A stretch of 64,000 nucleotides of DNA from Octopus vulgaris (lineage: Eukaryota): the NCBI GenBank assembly GCA_951406725.2, contig OX597825.1, positions 22,878,001 through 22,942,000 of the forward strand, given 5' to 3'. Below, piece by piece: positions 24,862 through 38,539 of the stretch. Below the pieces are notes generated by a model. It saw only the letters and a program-made list of their open reading frames with translations. It searched no databases and was not told the origin of the DNA. The position numbers were made by a program, and so were the translations under genes. Each line of letters begins with the position of its first letter. The first letter of the stretch is position 1.

Positions 24862-25064
24862 AAACCCCGTTACTAAAACGTCATGTTCTTAACTGCCTGA
24901 TATTCATGGCTGAAGGGAAAGCGTTGATAGATGCAAGAAAAATCTAAATTTATTGTAATTGCTTCATTCCTGTTAAGCTTGTCGGACTTGAAAATAATTA
25001 ATGTTGCGTACTGCTATTATTTTAAAGTAACTTTTCTGCTTTATTGATATACATATTGTCTTAC
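24862..25064 (+). repeat. Left arm of ~200-bp inverted repeat (partner 25851-26053)
   Basis: High-identity reverse-complement match. Confidence 0.93.
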
Positions 25065-25348
25065 GAAAAGCAGGAAAGCCCAAAAGGAAGGAAGGAAGAT
25101 GAGGAAAAATACACACACATATACACATATAAAACGGGCTTCTTTCAGTTTCCATCTACGAACTCCACTCTCCAGGCTTTAGTCGGCACGAGACTATAGA
25201 CAAAGAGACTTGCCAAAGGTATCACGCAGCGAGACTGAAACGGGAGTGATGTTACTGGGACGTAAACTCCTTACCACATTGCCACGGCTAATTGCCGAGG
25301 AGTCTTTCCAGATAATTTTCGTCAGATGCAAATAGGTTGAAACAAATA

Positions 25349-25736
25349 GAGGAAGCACTCCGTCGGTTACGACGATGAGGGTTCCGGTTGATCCGTATCA
25401 ACGGAACAGCCTGCTCGTGAAATTAACGTGTAAGTTGCTGAGCACTCCACAGAGACGTGTACCCTTAACGTAGTTCTCGGGCATATTCAGCGTGACACAG
25501 AGAGTGACAAGGCCGGCCCCTTTGAAATACAGGTACAACAGAAACAGGAAGTAAGAGTGAGAGAAAGTTGTGGTGAAAGGGTACAGCAGGGATCACCACC
25601 ATCCCCTGCCAGAGCTTCGTGGAGCTGTAGGTGTTTTCGCTCAATAAACACTCACAATGCCCGGTCTGGGAATCGAAACCGCGATCCTATGACCGCGAGT
25701 CCCCTGCCCTAACCACTGGGCCATTGCGCCTCCACT
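25349..25736 (-). mobile_element. SINE family 3 head with alternative 3' tail; 14-bp TSD
   Basis: Head and middle as at 10695, tail unrelated (gaggaagcactccgtcggttacgacg..); TSD ggttgaaacaaata at 25335-25348 and 25737-25750. Confidence 0.92.
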
Positions 25737-25850
25737 GGTTGAAACAAATAACGATTTATGTAAATAGATGAATGCAACCTAAATCTAAAGTTCTTAGCGC
25801 ATCTTCGTTTAGAACGAGTTAAAAAGAAAGTTCTGAAGCATCAGAGAAAA

Positions 25851-26053
25851 GTAAGGCAATATTTATATCAATAAAGCAGAAAAGTTACTTTAAAATAATA
25901 GCAGTAAGCAACATTAATTATTTTCAAGTCCGACACGCTTAACAGGAATGAAGCAATTACAATAAATTTAGATTTTTCTTGCATCTATCAACGCTTTCCT
26001 GTCAGCCATAAATATCAGGCAGTTAAAAACATGACGTTTTAGTAACTGGGTTT
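25851..26053 (-). repeat. Right arm of ~200-bp inverted repeat
   Basis: Reverse complement of 24862-25064. Confidence 0.93.
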
Positions 26054-26390
26054 CATGCAATCGATATTTGAATAGTAGAAGTATTTAGACAAAGACAGAA
26101 ACAAAGGGGAGGTAATTAACTTCACAGTAAATATACCCAGTGTCTAACGAATATCTAAAAATTACATAAACCAGCATTGCAATGGTGTATGATGTGTCCT
26201 GTGGTTTATCCTTATCCTTTAACTCTGCTGAAATGTTTTTTTTTTTTAATGACGACATACAGACAAATCTCACTCCTGGCATTTCTACAGTCACTGGAGG
26301 TTCTTAGATATTTTAAAAGATACAGTTTCTCAAGCAAGTATATGAAATACCTTTTTCATCCGGTGTACATACATATATATATATATATAT

Positions 26391-26620
26391 ACCGGAGTAA
26401 ACACATAAATGTGAAACAAGGTGGAAAAAAGAGTACTCAAATACCAGTGGTAGAGTAATATGCTTTATTTTAAGCAGCAGAAAATTCAACAAAATCTGTT
26501 TCTCTGAGTTTCTCGTTGCCGTTCATCAGACAGTTTTTGCTAGCAAAAACTGTCTGATGAACGGCAACGAGAAACTCAGAGTAACAGATTTTGTTGAATT
26601 TTCTGCTGCTTAAAATAAAG
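26391..26620. mobile_element. Penelope-like terminal fold-back: 158-bp spacerless palindrome (26463-26620) plus single-copy tail
   Basis: 79-bp arms centred on gct|agc (26541/26542), one mismatch; each arm ends in AATAAA; related copy at 52111-52244. Confidence 0.85.
26550..26587 (+). ncRNA. Minimal type-I hammerhead ribozyme motif
   Basis: Stem I ctgt/acag, CTGATGA, stem II (a)cg-GCAA-cg(a), GAAAC, stem III actc/gagt, cleavage triplet GTA (26581-26583). Confidence 0.8.
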
Positions 26621-26651
26621 TATATATATATATATGTATATATACATATAG

Positions 26652-26906
26652 TGGAGGCGTGTGGCTTAGTGGTTTAGTGGTTAGGGTGTTGAAATCATGA
26701 TCGTATGATTGTGGTTTCGATTTCTGGACCGGGCGACGCGTTGTGTTCTTGAGCAAAACACTTCATTTTCACGTTGCTCCAGTTAACTCAGCTGGCTAAA
26801 ATGAGTAATCCTGCGACGGACCGGCGTCTCGTCCAGGTGGGGAATTTCTACGCCTCTGAAACCAGGGAATCGGTTCTTATGAGCCTGGCATGGCTCGAGA
26901 AGGAAC

Positions 26907-26908
<2 letters not shown>
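26652..26908 (+). mobile_element. SINE family 4
   Basis: ggaggcgtgtggcttagtgg..gttgtgttcttgagcaaaacac..ctgcgacggaccggcgtctcgtccagg. Confidence 0.9.
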
Positions 26909-26952
<44 letters not shown>

Positions 26953-26957
26953 GGAAC

Positions 26958-27045
<88 letters not shown>

Positions 27046-27069
27046 GTGTGTGTGTGACTGTGTGTGAGT

Positions 27070-27330
27070 GTGCGCCGGAGGTGTATCAGTAATTTTCACA
27101 TGACGCCGACTCAGTGTATACAGCTTGATACTTCAGAGATCAGCACTTTTCCCGTTGTTCTTCCGCCGATACTAAGAATATAATGGAAATCTGGAAATCT
27201 ACGCTGCCATGCTCTACATCCACTCCATACGGTGTGATAAATTTGTTCCAAGAGTTGGCCAATATAAAAGATGAAAAAAACTGATGGTGTTCTATTCCTC
27301 AATCATTTCCCCTCATTGTCAGCAAACCAA
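27070..27330 (-). pseudogene. Possible mariner transposase C-terminal remnant
   Basis: Minus-strand W.RRFPDF....GI..(fs)QREKC resembles the mariner C-terminus W...P.FY..GI..L..RWEKC; weak. Confidence 0.35.
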
Positions 27331-28331
27331 AACACTTGAATGAGAAAATCTGATTAGCAATCAAACATATCAGGTGTTAATGACCGACTACGAATAAATA
27401 GCGTTCAATACATATATTGTAAATTCTGTTTTCTCTGTTCGACACCAAAATTCCGATACTTAAAAATGTGAATGGCAGTTTCTCCTTCGGGGGCTTTCAA
27501 CGATTGTAAGTGTTTGGATTACACAAAAACATCTGAATACTGTCTGTCGATCTCTTGTTTGAAGGAAATAATGAAATATTTAATGCATAGGTGTTGTCCG
27601 AGTTCATGTACAGAGATCAACGTTATACGTGATAATAATGAAAAGAAAATATTCCAAAATTTAACACTATACTCATGAACTTTTATATCATATGTAAATA
27701 AAAAAGATCTAATGTAATTATTTACAGCAGCTGAACCAACGTTGTCAGACGAGAAAGAGTGGGTAGTAACATTACTCTGTTGTTTGTTTCCATTTGAGAA
27801 ATCACTGCTGTTTTAAATCCAAAATACGTGTGGCCAAAAGAACATTGAAATTTCAAGTATTTTCATAATGCAATATAATGGCTTGTTTCTGTGCTAAGCA
27901 ATGCTAACAAACATTCCTCTGCTGGTTTCAACATTTACGAGCTCAAATATTTCCTACTTTCTAGATTTCAAATGACAAATATATTTGAATAAATATGGGT
28001 CTGATTTTCGGGTTGGTCACACTTGGAAAGTGATTTGATGTTATAGCTATATAATACTTTAAGACTGAACCATAGCTGAGGACACCTGTGTACCACACAC
28101 ACACACACACACACACATACGAAAACACATGCATACATACACACGCATTCATATATACACACATGCATATACACACACACAAACACACACACACTCCTAT
28201 GTATATATGAGTTCACAAATTGATCGCGGGTACTGACTAGAAACACTAGAAAAAAGAGCTAAAACAACACAATATCCACAAAGCACTAACTTAGATGACT
28301 GACAAATGTAGGTAAGTCCACAGCGTATATA

Positions 28332-28560
28332 TATTTCTTTACTGCCCACAAGGGGCTAAACATAGAGGGGACAAACAAGGAGAGACAAAGAGATTAAGTC
28401 AATTACATCGATCCTAGTGCGAAACTGGTACTTTATTTATCGACCCCGAAAGGATGAAAGGCAAAGTCGACCTCGGCGGAAATTGAACTCAGAACGTAAC
28501 GACAGACGAAATACCGCTAAGCATTACTCCCGGCGCGCTAATATGTCTGCCAGCTCGCCG
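28332..28560 (-). mobile_element. SINE family 2 monomer with 11-bp TSD
   Basis: TSD cagcgtatata at 28321-28331 and 28561-28571. Confidence 0.92.
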
Positions 28561-29648
28561 CAGCGTATATAGTCGGATCGACGATTTCAGATTTGGTCAC
28601 ATTCCATGATAGTGCCTTGGTCAACCTTTGAACCTTGAATTCTACCTTCGTCATGTAATATCCAATACATTGCCTGTTGCTAAGTTTTGTGTCATCTATG
28701 TATTTAAATAATTCAAAGTTTGAAAATATGACTATAGAGATTGTTTATTTTCATAACGAGTGCTCGATCATCATGGCGTTACAGTCGGCTCTTTAATTTT
28801 TTGTTTCTTACAATGCTTAAAACTATAATTATTAAGTTTGGAAATTTCTCGCCATGGTGATATCGATCCCATAATAGTATTGAAAAAAGTGATGCCCTTT
28901 ATTATTCACTGATGCTTTATCGAATGATAATAACAGCATTAAGTAGCGTTTATCTCCATATTAGTGAGGTACAAACAGTTTATAGGAAAATATAGGGATT
29001 AATATTCAGAATATATTTTAGTCAAACGTTTATACCTCAGAAAGTACTATCTGATATTTTCAGAAAAATCAATTGAAATACTGCAATAAACTAATAAATT
29101 AATACTTCACGTGAGAGACTTACGAATTGGGCATTTATAGAATAGAAACGAATCGTTTCTCCACAGTGTCATTCGACGAGAACGTGTGCCATAATGTTGC
29201 CTATTATTATTAGAACGAATGAAAAGAAGAGCATTTATTAGATAAGAATTAACCGCAAAAAAATCCAATAACGTAATTAGAAAACACAAGTAACTTTGGT
29301 ATAACCCTCCTTTTAATTACGTGAACGACAAATGAATAGCCAAAAGTCTTTTGAAGTTAATATAAGAGGCGCTGCTACCATATGACTACGGAAGGATCTT
29401 CAACAGAAACGTTAATAAATGAAATATTCAATTATGGAGAATGTCTTTATATATAACATTATTAAAAGTAAAACATGCAATTAATTATTGCTGGCAACAA
29501 AATATAATTGGATTAATATAACAGATCCTTTATATTTCAATTGCTTTGCTAGTTTCACTGCATTCGCGCTGTAGATTCCCACAGCTGCATTGCCACACAT
29601 GCGCGCACCTGTGAATTTTAATGAGTATGTATGTATGCATGAATGTGT

Positions 29649-29694
<46 letters not shown>

Positions 29695-29759
29695 GTATAT
29701 ATATATATTCATTTATATATATATACATATATATATATATCTATGTATACATACATATA

Positions 29760-29861
<102 letters not shown>

Positions 29862-31018
29862 CATACATATATATACTCATACATACAAAAATGCGCGCAC
29901 ACACATATACATATGTTTATAACTATACAGGCATACTGGTAACTGTATCTGTGGATTTGTAAAAATCTATGTTAGCATTCACACAAAAATAAATATATAT
30001 ATATATTTATATGTGCATATTTGTGTATATATTTATATATATTTATATATATATTTATGCATATTTGATGTGTATATCTATAAATACCTATGTCATATAT
30101 GTGTATCTCTGTTTGTGAATGTATGTATGAATGTATGCATGTGTGTGTCCGTGTGTATGTGTGTATATGAGTCTGCGTGCGTTTGTGTGTATGTGTGTGT
30201 AATGGAGTGTTTTGTGCACGCACGTATAACACACATACGCATTCATATGTATAGCATTACACACGTGAATTTCTCTAAGGTCATACAAATAGATTACTTT
30301 ACTTAATATCCATTCTAACAGAAAAATATTATCATTGTTGCTTACATTCTTTGAAGCATCAATTGTTTTTTCAATATGTTTCTTAACATATTTCTTTTAA
30401 TGTTGCTTTAAAGCGTATTTGTTCTTTTTTCTTTCGAAAATACTGGTGTTGCATATGAAAGAGCATATTGTATATAGAATTCAAATTAACTATGTAAGAA
30501 GCATTATCATAAACTCATGAGTGTACGCATGATTTCTGCAGGAGATTATTCTTTCGTTTAATATACGTTTTTCTTTGTACGTATTGGTGTTTTTTTCTCA
30601 ATTCTGCAAGACTGCAGGTGTCCTCTTTTGTAGTTTTTTTTAAATAATAGATTATATTTCAATTGATCTAGGCAATGCACGTAATGTAATCCTTTCGCTC
30701 TGGCCAACATGACTACGCTTGAATTACCTAACAGTATATAATTTTATAGATACAACTACATGCATAAATTTATATATATATATATACACACATTTATATA
30801 TGTTATAATTTTATATACGTATATATATGTATACACACAGACACACACACACACAAATATACTGACACATGTATGTATATATGTGTGTTTATGTGTATGC
30901 AGGATATGTATAGGCATATGTATGTAGAGTTCAAATTTATCATATTGCATAAATATATATATATGTATAAGTAAATATACCTATATTTATCTCTTTCTCT
31001 CTCTCCCTCCTGTATATA

Positions 31019-31075
<57 letters not shown>

Positions 31076-31157
31076 TTGTGTTTGTGTATACATATTACAT
31101 GTATTTATGTATATACATATATGTTAAGTATATAAGAATACTGAGACCCCTCCACAG

Positions 31158-31189
<32 letters not shown>

Positions 31190-31258
31190 GTGTGTGTGTG
31201 TATATATGTATATATATGTATATATATACATATACATATGTATATATTTATGTATGAG

Positions 31259-31298
<40 letters not shown>

Positions 31299-31405
31299 CG
31301 TGTGCATGTCAGGTTTCATGTAATGTGTAGGTCTAATATCGGTGACTGAAGTGGAGTTTTTTTAGATACATGTGCGACTAGTGTTTATATATCCCCCTCT
31401 CTCTC

Positions 31406-31472
<67 letters not shown>

Positions 31473-32799
31473 ATCAAACTAGCTATTTTTCTTTCACTAC
31501 CTTTCTCACGCACACAGGAAATTTGACCGGAATCGGATCCGACGTGAAAGTCTTGATTTAATATTAGCATTGTGACATTGACATAGCTTGATAATAACAG
31601 TATGAGACCATTTTTCATAATTTCATAATTTGAGCATAAAATAATAAAACATGCAACACGCAATAAAACGTATCTTTAGAAAATATTATTTTTCAATTCT
31701 ACCAATGGATGATAAATTAATTAAATAAATGGATGATAAATTAAGTAAATAAATATATATCAATAATATTTGAGGAAATTACAGATATTTGTATCAATCA
31801 CCATATGCAATTGTTGTTCGAACGTTAATTTTCAGGTGGTGACCGGTGTCCTTGGCATTTCTCTCACATTTTTATCGCAAACAGAAAGTAAATAAAATCC
31901 TCACAATTGTATACCCTATTTCCCTTCATGTTATGAGTTTCACGCTGTGATTGATTTCTCATCATGCTGACCAATGAGAGAATATACAAACGAATTTGTT
32001 TTCCATGGTTTTATCAATTTCCTCCAGAATATTTTTATCATTATGGGAATGTCATTTTACTATAAATGAAGTGTGATATGAAGCAGTATCACTGTTATAG
32101 TACCTAACTGGAATGGGTACTAGCTTGAAATCCAGTTTTTTTTATATATTGTTACAACACCTACCTCTATATATACACAAGCGACGTAGCGCTTAGTTAT
32201 TAGTGATGTTGTTATGAGCAACTGGTAATATCGTTGAAAGATGAAGAATTTGCTTTGAAGTATTGCTTCTAATATCACTTCAAAATGACAAGCAATCAGT
32301 CCAGGAGCAATTTGACTCTCATCAGTAAAATATTACTGATAATAGAGATAAGTATTGATCCAAATATATTTTTGCTCACTAAATGAATTGCTTACGTGTG
32401 AACGTTAAGCTCTTACAGCTCAACATGTCTATAGACGTTATTAACAAAGATTTGTTTTCCTACTGTCACAGTGGTATACTAATTTTACCCTTATAACATA
32501 TACAATACTTTGCATGTGTAATCTAATGTATCAAAAGGAAGCTATCATAATTACAATTAGTTAATGATGTGTTGCTTTAGTAAGATTAATAATGCGCTGC
32601 ACAAGCAATTCTTTTGATCTAGATGAAAATACAAAATTAATTAGGTATGATCAAAGTCATCCAACTAAGAGGACTAATACTCATTAGTAATGAAATGACA
32701 TGCTATAAAGTAGAAATACATATTCTATGTTCTATTACAGGTGTTGTGTGTTTTTTTGTTTATTTTTATTTTATTGAATTCTTGGATATATATATATAT

Positions 32800-32847
<48 letters not shown>

Positions 32848-33026
32848 CTATATCAAACTGAGATAAATATCTCCACGAAAATGTCATGTGTAGGGAAAAT
32901 AATAACGGAGGTAACTTGATAAATCTTACATATTTTAACAGGAATTTTTTTGTAATATGTAAAAGTAAAAATGAAAACTTTATGTTGTTTTATTCAATAG
33001 GCAGAAGTACGAAATTCTTTAGGTGA

Positions 33027-33292
33027 ATGGGCCCGGGAACAGGGTGGTGCAAGCGCACCGCCTAACATTTCTGGGGGTTGCAAAATCAAAATTTGCACCC
33101 CTACTTGCTTTTCTCAGGTTTAGAAAATAAAATGCATAAAGTGGTCTATAAAAAATAGTTTGAAGTTAGGTTTCTCCTCAGAGAACAAAGAATAACAATA
33201 TATAAAAAAAAAACAATAATACCTTCATTGTAAAAAACATGTTGGGCCCCTAGGTTTGCACCTCTTATGAAAATTTTGTTCTCGAGCCAGTG
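33027..33292. mobile_element. MITE-like DNA element (probably hAT) with imperfect TIRs
   Basis: Left ggcccgggaaca, right tgttctcgagccagtg; repeated subterminal gcacc(c) motifs. Confidence 0.55.
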
Positions 33293-35309
33293 TCTAGCTA
33301 TGAATATATAAAATTACGTTAGCTGGACGTAGTTGCATCCAGTAAGTTTGTACATTGGAATAAGATTTACTAATTTCCCTTGTTTATTAGAATATTAAAT
33401 GTAAGTTTCTTTTATGAAAAGGGAAATCAACGATTTACATATTCTGATTTCAAATACTGCAGAGGTTGCCTCTGCCTTTCATCTATTCTGGGATCGATGA
33501 AATAGCACCAGATTGAGCGCTGGAATCGATGTGATTATCGACCTTCCCCAAATTTCGGACATTGTCCCCATAGTATAAAGGATTATTTTTGTCATTTTAG
33601 TTTCCGAACAATTTATCAAAATCCCGATTCTGTGCTAATATTTTTAACATTGCTCTGTTATCCATCAAAAATTATCAATACATTTCTTCTGCTGCTACTG
33701 TCACGCTGTAATCTTCAGAAATATCCATATCAAAGAAACTTGGAAAATATCCAGAATTCAAAAAATAAATATTTGTAACTTAATTATCTAGACTCTAAAT
33801 ATATTGTAAAAATATCCAGTAGAGAACTAGACAACTGAGAAACAGGAGGTTAGGAATGCTACTCCTGGAAGGCTGTCAAATATGCTCTTCAAACATTCAA
33901 TATGCCGTTTGTCTATACAGTTATCCTAATGGAAAGATATGCCTTTGTTATTCAGAAAATAGGTTCGTATTTCTTTGGGGGAAATATCTTGTCTTTTACC
34001 ATAACCTTGCATTAACTTGTAATATTTCAGCGGAATTTGGAAAGCAAATATTTTATGAAAGTCCGTCATGTGAATATATATACATCGATAAATACATACA
34101 TACATGCATACATACATATATATATATATACACGGACATACACACACGCCCGCCATCTATTATGTGTTATATGTCAGTGTATGTGTGTGTTTATGTTTAT
34201 ATCTTAAACTGTGTAACGACAAAGAGTTTTGAGAATAATAATATCTGTTAAAATACTCCAAGTTGCATACGTTTCCTTACCTCTGATGCACTAAACAAGT
34301 AACTGACCCATCGAAATTTTATAACCAGCAATGGGATTGGTCGCAGATTTCTATATCCGTTGGATGTTTTTTAAACTGCAAAATTATTTCTTTCTATAAC
34401 AATTATCTAGCCTGGTAAAATGTTTTTTAATTAAGTGGAATTTAAATTTCTCGGGAAATGCCCTGTGGCGATTTCAAAAAATGAATGAATTTGTCCTATA
34501 AATGTCAACAGATGACTAAAAATTTTAAGGTACTTATAATATGTAGGAAACATATTAAATTAATATTTTATGTGAACCTTCTTTGATGTTTGATTAAAAA
34601 TTCATACTTACAATCTAGCGTAACTTACCCAAGAAACGATTATATTTTTTATGATAGACATATACATGTACAACCATCTGATATACATGTAGAAATATAC
34701 ATGTAGAACCATCTGATATCAAGTTAAGGATTAGATTAACAAGCTGACGCTTTTGTGCTTCTTATTAAGGCAACCAGTTCATATTTTCAGAAATCCTTTT
34801 GCGCACTCCAAACCCTTTAAACCACTACCAATCCTCCGCCTTTTAGATGCAATCAGGATTTCCTACTTACTTAGCGGTTATAAAATTTCGCAAACAGAGA
34901 GTTGATTAAAATGGCCGATATACATGACTATTTTACTGACAATGGAGGGCGTTAAAATACTCAGTCGACATCAGTAGGCTTCAAACCCAGAACGTAAATT
35001 GATGCAGCTATCAGAGTGTAACGATCGAGTGCAACTTACGAGACATTGAGCCTGTTTTGGCATCCGTAAGTTTTGTCAATGGAGGAAAACAACACTCCCA
35101 CGACACACTCTTGCACAGCCATGCAGAAATATACTCAGACGAGTAAAAAACAGAGAGAGATGTTGCACATACATACAAACATAACTAGATGCTCAAACGC
35201 ATACACAGAGAATGAGAGAGTGGCAGAGGCATTTCATATACATAGAAAAATAATCTGATGCTTTCAGGCACATGTTGTTGTTGTTGTTATTATCATTATT
35301 ATTATTATT

Positions 35310-35926
35310 GAGTGAGAGAGCAGTTCATGCCATCAAAGTGACACTGGGGTAAAATATACGAAGCCCAATATACCCATCATGACTACCCGTCTGATAAGGG
35401 TACACCAGACACATGCATCATAACCATATGTGCGCGACATGGTGATCTCATATCAAGATAAACAGCACATGACCTTGCAGGTGGAGCCCAGTTAGAATTT
35501 TCTTCAGGTTGAGTAGCCCATCCCGCTCAAAAGGTCCCTGAATAAGGGTTGTTTAAGGATGTTGAAAGAACCACCCATGTTTCCAGAGGTGAATTATTCA
35601 AACCCCAAAGAATCCCTCTCAACACATGGCTATGATGCTCCCCCACTACTTCTGCTCGTGATCAGAGATGCACATATCGTCAGCCGCTAAGGGACATGCT
35701 CAACTGGTTAAGGTCAAACAACTGACAAGCAAATCTGTGGTATTGAGCAGAATATTTGCTGTAGCCCATCTTTTATACCAAGACAAAACAATGTACATGA
35801 TAACACTTCCAATCAGTTAAGATCAGAAGCCATGAGAGCCACTGCCTGGTACTACATCAGGGCATTAGAGCCACAGCCTGGTACTGCATCAGGGCATTAG
35901 AGCTACAGCCTGGTACTGCGTCAGGG

Positions 35927-35930
<4 letters not shown>
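35310..35930 (-). mobile_element. ~620-bp non-coding retroelement embedded in (TAA)n, with triplicated 32-bp terminus
   Basis: Complex non-coding sequence bounded on both sides by (TTA)n; units agagccac(t/a)gcctggtact(a/g)catcagggcatt at 35835, 35867 and 35899. Strand is tentative. Confidence 0.65.
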
Positions 35931-35992
<62 letters not shown>

Positions 35993-35996
<4 letters not shown>

Positions 35997-36870
35997 TAGT
36001 CTTATTTTTATGACGTCCTTTCACTGTAGTATCGGGCGCAGCTCTGTGTGCCTTGGAAATATGTGCTGTATTTTCTTGTGATGCTCTTATAGTAACTGTA
36101 TTGAAAGTGTTTTACGTAGGGTGTTTGCGGTGCCTAGTAGTGCTATTTTCTGTTTGTCATATATGCTTTTTAGTTCTGGTGTTTTTATGTAATTGTCTCA
36201 ATATTTATGTGTTATACCTAATGCGCCAACTATGATAGGAATTGTTTGTTTTTAGATTCCACATTCTGGTTACCTCTATTTCCAGGTCTTTGGATTTTGA
36301 AAGCTTCTCCATTTCTTTTAGAGGAACATTGTCATGTGTTGGTAGTGATACATCAATTAGAAATCTCTGACAACTATATCTGGCCAGCTGGCCTTAAGTT
36401 TTCTATATGTTTTTCATAGTATTGTTGCTTTCTCATTTTCTGTGACCCTTTCTGGCGTGTGCCTAGACCATCTTTTTTTGTGTTATTATTCCATAGCGTT
36501 AGCGTTGTTTCCAGTGTATCTAGGTCCCAACTTTGTCGTGTGTGTGTGTGAATATATTCCTTCTTGGGAGACAATATGATTTACTGTTTCTTGTCCATCT
36601 CCACATATTATACTATAACTTTTTATGTTTCTTTCTATAATATGTAATTTCTGGTGGGGAGGCTTTGATCTTGTGCTGCAATTAAAAATCCTTCAGTCTC
36701 TGCTTTCGGTCTTGAGCTTCTCCGCCATTGTTGGGATTTTGCTTTATCTATTTCTTTTGCGTTTATTTTAACCCAGTATTTGCAACGAAGGGCCTTTTCT
36801 TGCCCTCGTTTTATTATGTCCGTTGCTGTTCTAGTTTTATTTTGGATTTCATTATTATTATATGATTGAC
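35993..36870 (-). pseudogene. R4/Dong-like LINE family A, ~0.9-kb 3' remnant
   Basis: KAETEGFLIAAQDQSLPTRNY motif (ORF 36635..36937), decayed RLE region, family A 3' UTR and (TAA)n tail. Confidence 0.85.
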
Positions 36871-37014
36871 TTTTGCTTTGTATTTGCACAAGCTGTCTCC
36901 AAGTCTCACCCAGAGGCTTCAAGAGACAACAAGTCAAAAGTTCAAGTTGATGTTATGACTAGGGTGCCGTATATGTGGTTTTGCACAAAGTATTATTCTA
37001 GAGGATTTATAAGA

Positions 37015-37236
37015 AAACATAAGAAAATTATAAGTTTGTTTTAAAATTTGAGATTACATAGTATTTTACGTGGGATATGGGCAGTTCCCATGAACACTAT
37101 TATCTGAATCTCTGCAATTTTTGGATTTCCTGGTATCTGAGCTAGGTAACAAAAAGCCCCTTTTACTATCATTCTTAGGACCTTATGACAACAGGTATTG
37201 TTTTAGTCATGAGTTTCCACATTTTGCCAGTTTCTA
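37015..37236 (-). pseudogene. 3' end of another R4/Dong-like LINE family, beside (TAA)n
   Basis: KMWKLMTKTIPVVI..IPGNPKIAEIQIIVFMGTAHIPRK. Confidence 0.75.
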
Positions 37237-37238
37237 TG

Positions 37239-37283
<45 letters not shown>

Positions 37284-37777
37284 GTAATACGAAAACGTAT
37301 CAAGTTTGTCATAAAGCAATCTTCGTTTATCTTGTAATTTAACAGGATGCAGAAAGATAATAATTTGTATAATTTTAAATAATTTATATGAAACATGATA
37401 GACCAACCCATTAGTAATATAATAAGAAACAATCAGATGTAATTGCATTGCAAGTTAAGTTATTTGCATGTGTAAGTAATGATTTGGCTAAAACTAATCA
37501 TTATTTCTAATGGAGAAATTTAATTACGTATATAATGTTTAATTGACAAGTTTTAGATTTTAGTAATTATTGGATAATTAGATAGAATTTCTGCTCGAAA
37601 TTTTTAGATCAAATGGAAAGTGTTTGTCCTTCTCATTTGTTGAAGTATCGGCCAATCTGATGGGGTGTATGTTGCTATGATTCGCTACAATAGCAACAGA
37701 CGTTTGAAAATTATCGGAAATTGCGCATACAATAATATGGTCTATTACATGATTATCTAAAGCATATTTACACATAC

Positions 37778-38172
37778 AGGCGCAGGAGTGGCTGTGTGGT
37801 ACGTAGCTTGCTAACCAACCACATGATTCCGGGTTCAGTCACACTGCGTGGCATCTTGGGCAAGTGTCTTCTGCTATAGCCCCGGGCCGACCAATGCCTT
37901 GTGAGTGGATTTGGTAGACGGAAACTGAAAGAAGCCCGTCGTATATATGTATATATATGTATATATGTGTGTGTGTGTGTGTGTGTTTGTCCCCCTAGCA
38001 TTGCTTGACAACCGATGCTGGTGTGTTTGCGTCCCCGTCACTTAGCGGTTCGGCAAAAAGAGACCGATAGAATAAGTACTGGGCTTACAATTTGCTTACG
38101 ATTTGCTCGACTGGGGGCGGTGCTCCAGCATGGCCGCAGTCAAATGACTGAAACAAGTAAAAGAGTAAAACG
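37778..38172 (+). mobile_element. SINE family 1
   Basis: Family 1 head, body and tail. Confidence 0.92.
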
Positions 38173-38539
38173 AGTAATACAGTGGAACAGGCAGCTGTGT
38201 GCTCATCCTTGTTTACGTTGTGCTCTTTTCTGTTTTAGGCATTTGAAATTTCCACTGACGAATGAGTTGGTTTCGAATAGAGGTAGAAATCTCCATCGTT
38301 GGCGATTTCCCCCCTTGCTGTGTGGGTTTGAACTGCTTTTAGAAATTGTAATAACAATTATCACAATCATCATAACCATCAACTTGCTCGCTATCATTAC
38401 AATCATCACGACGGTTATCATCGTTATCATCCTTCTGATCGTCATTGTAACCGAGTATTAGGTCATTAGATACCCTTGCAACATTTCTTCTAACGAGAAT
38501 CTTCCTTGGTGATCTCAAGTGGAAAACGAAGCAATAAAT

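Noticed and set aside
35840-35930. Resemblance of cctgatgcagtaccagg to U2 snRNA stem-loop IV, and an HDV-like ribozyme fit
   Set aside because: Match too short; no other U2 sequence, and the nested pseudoknot could not be built by eye
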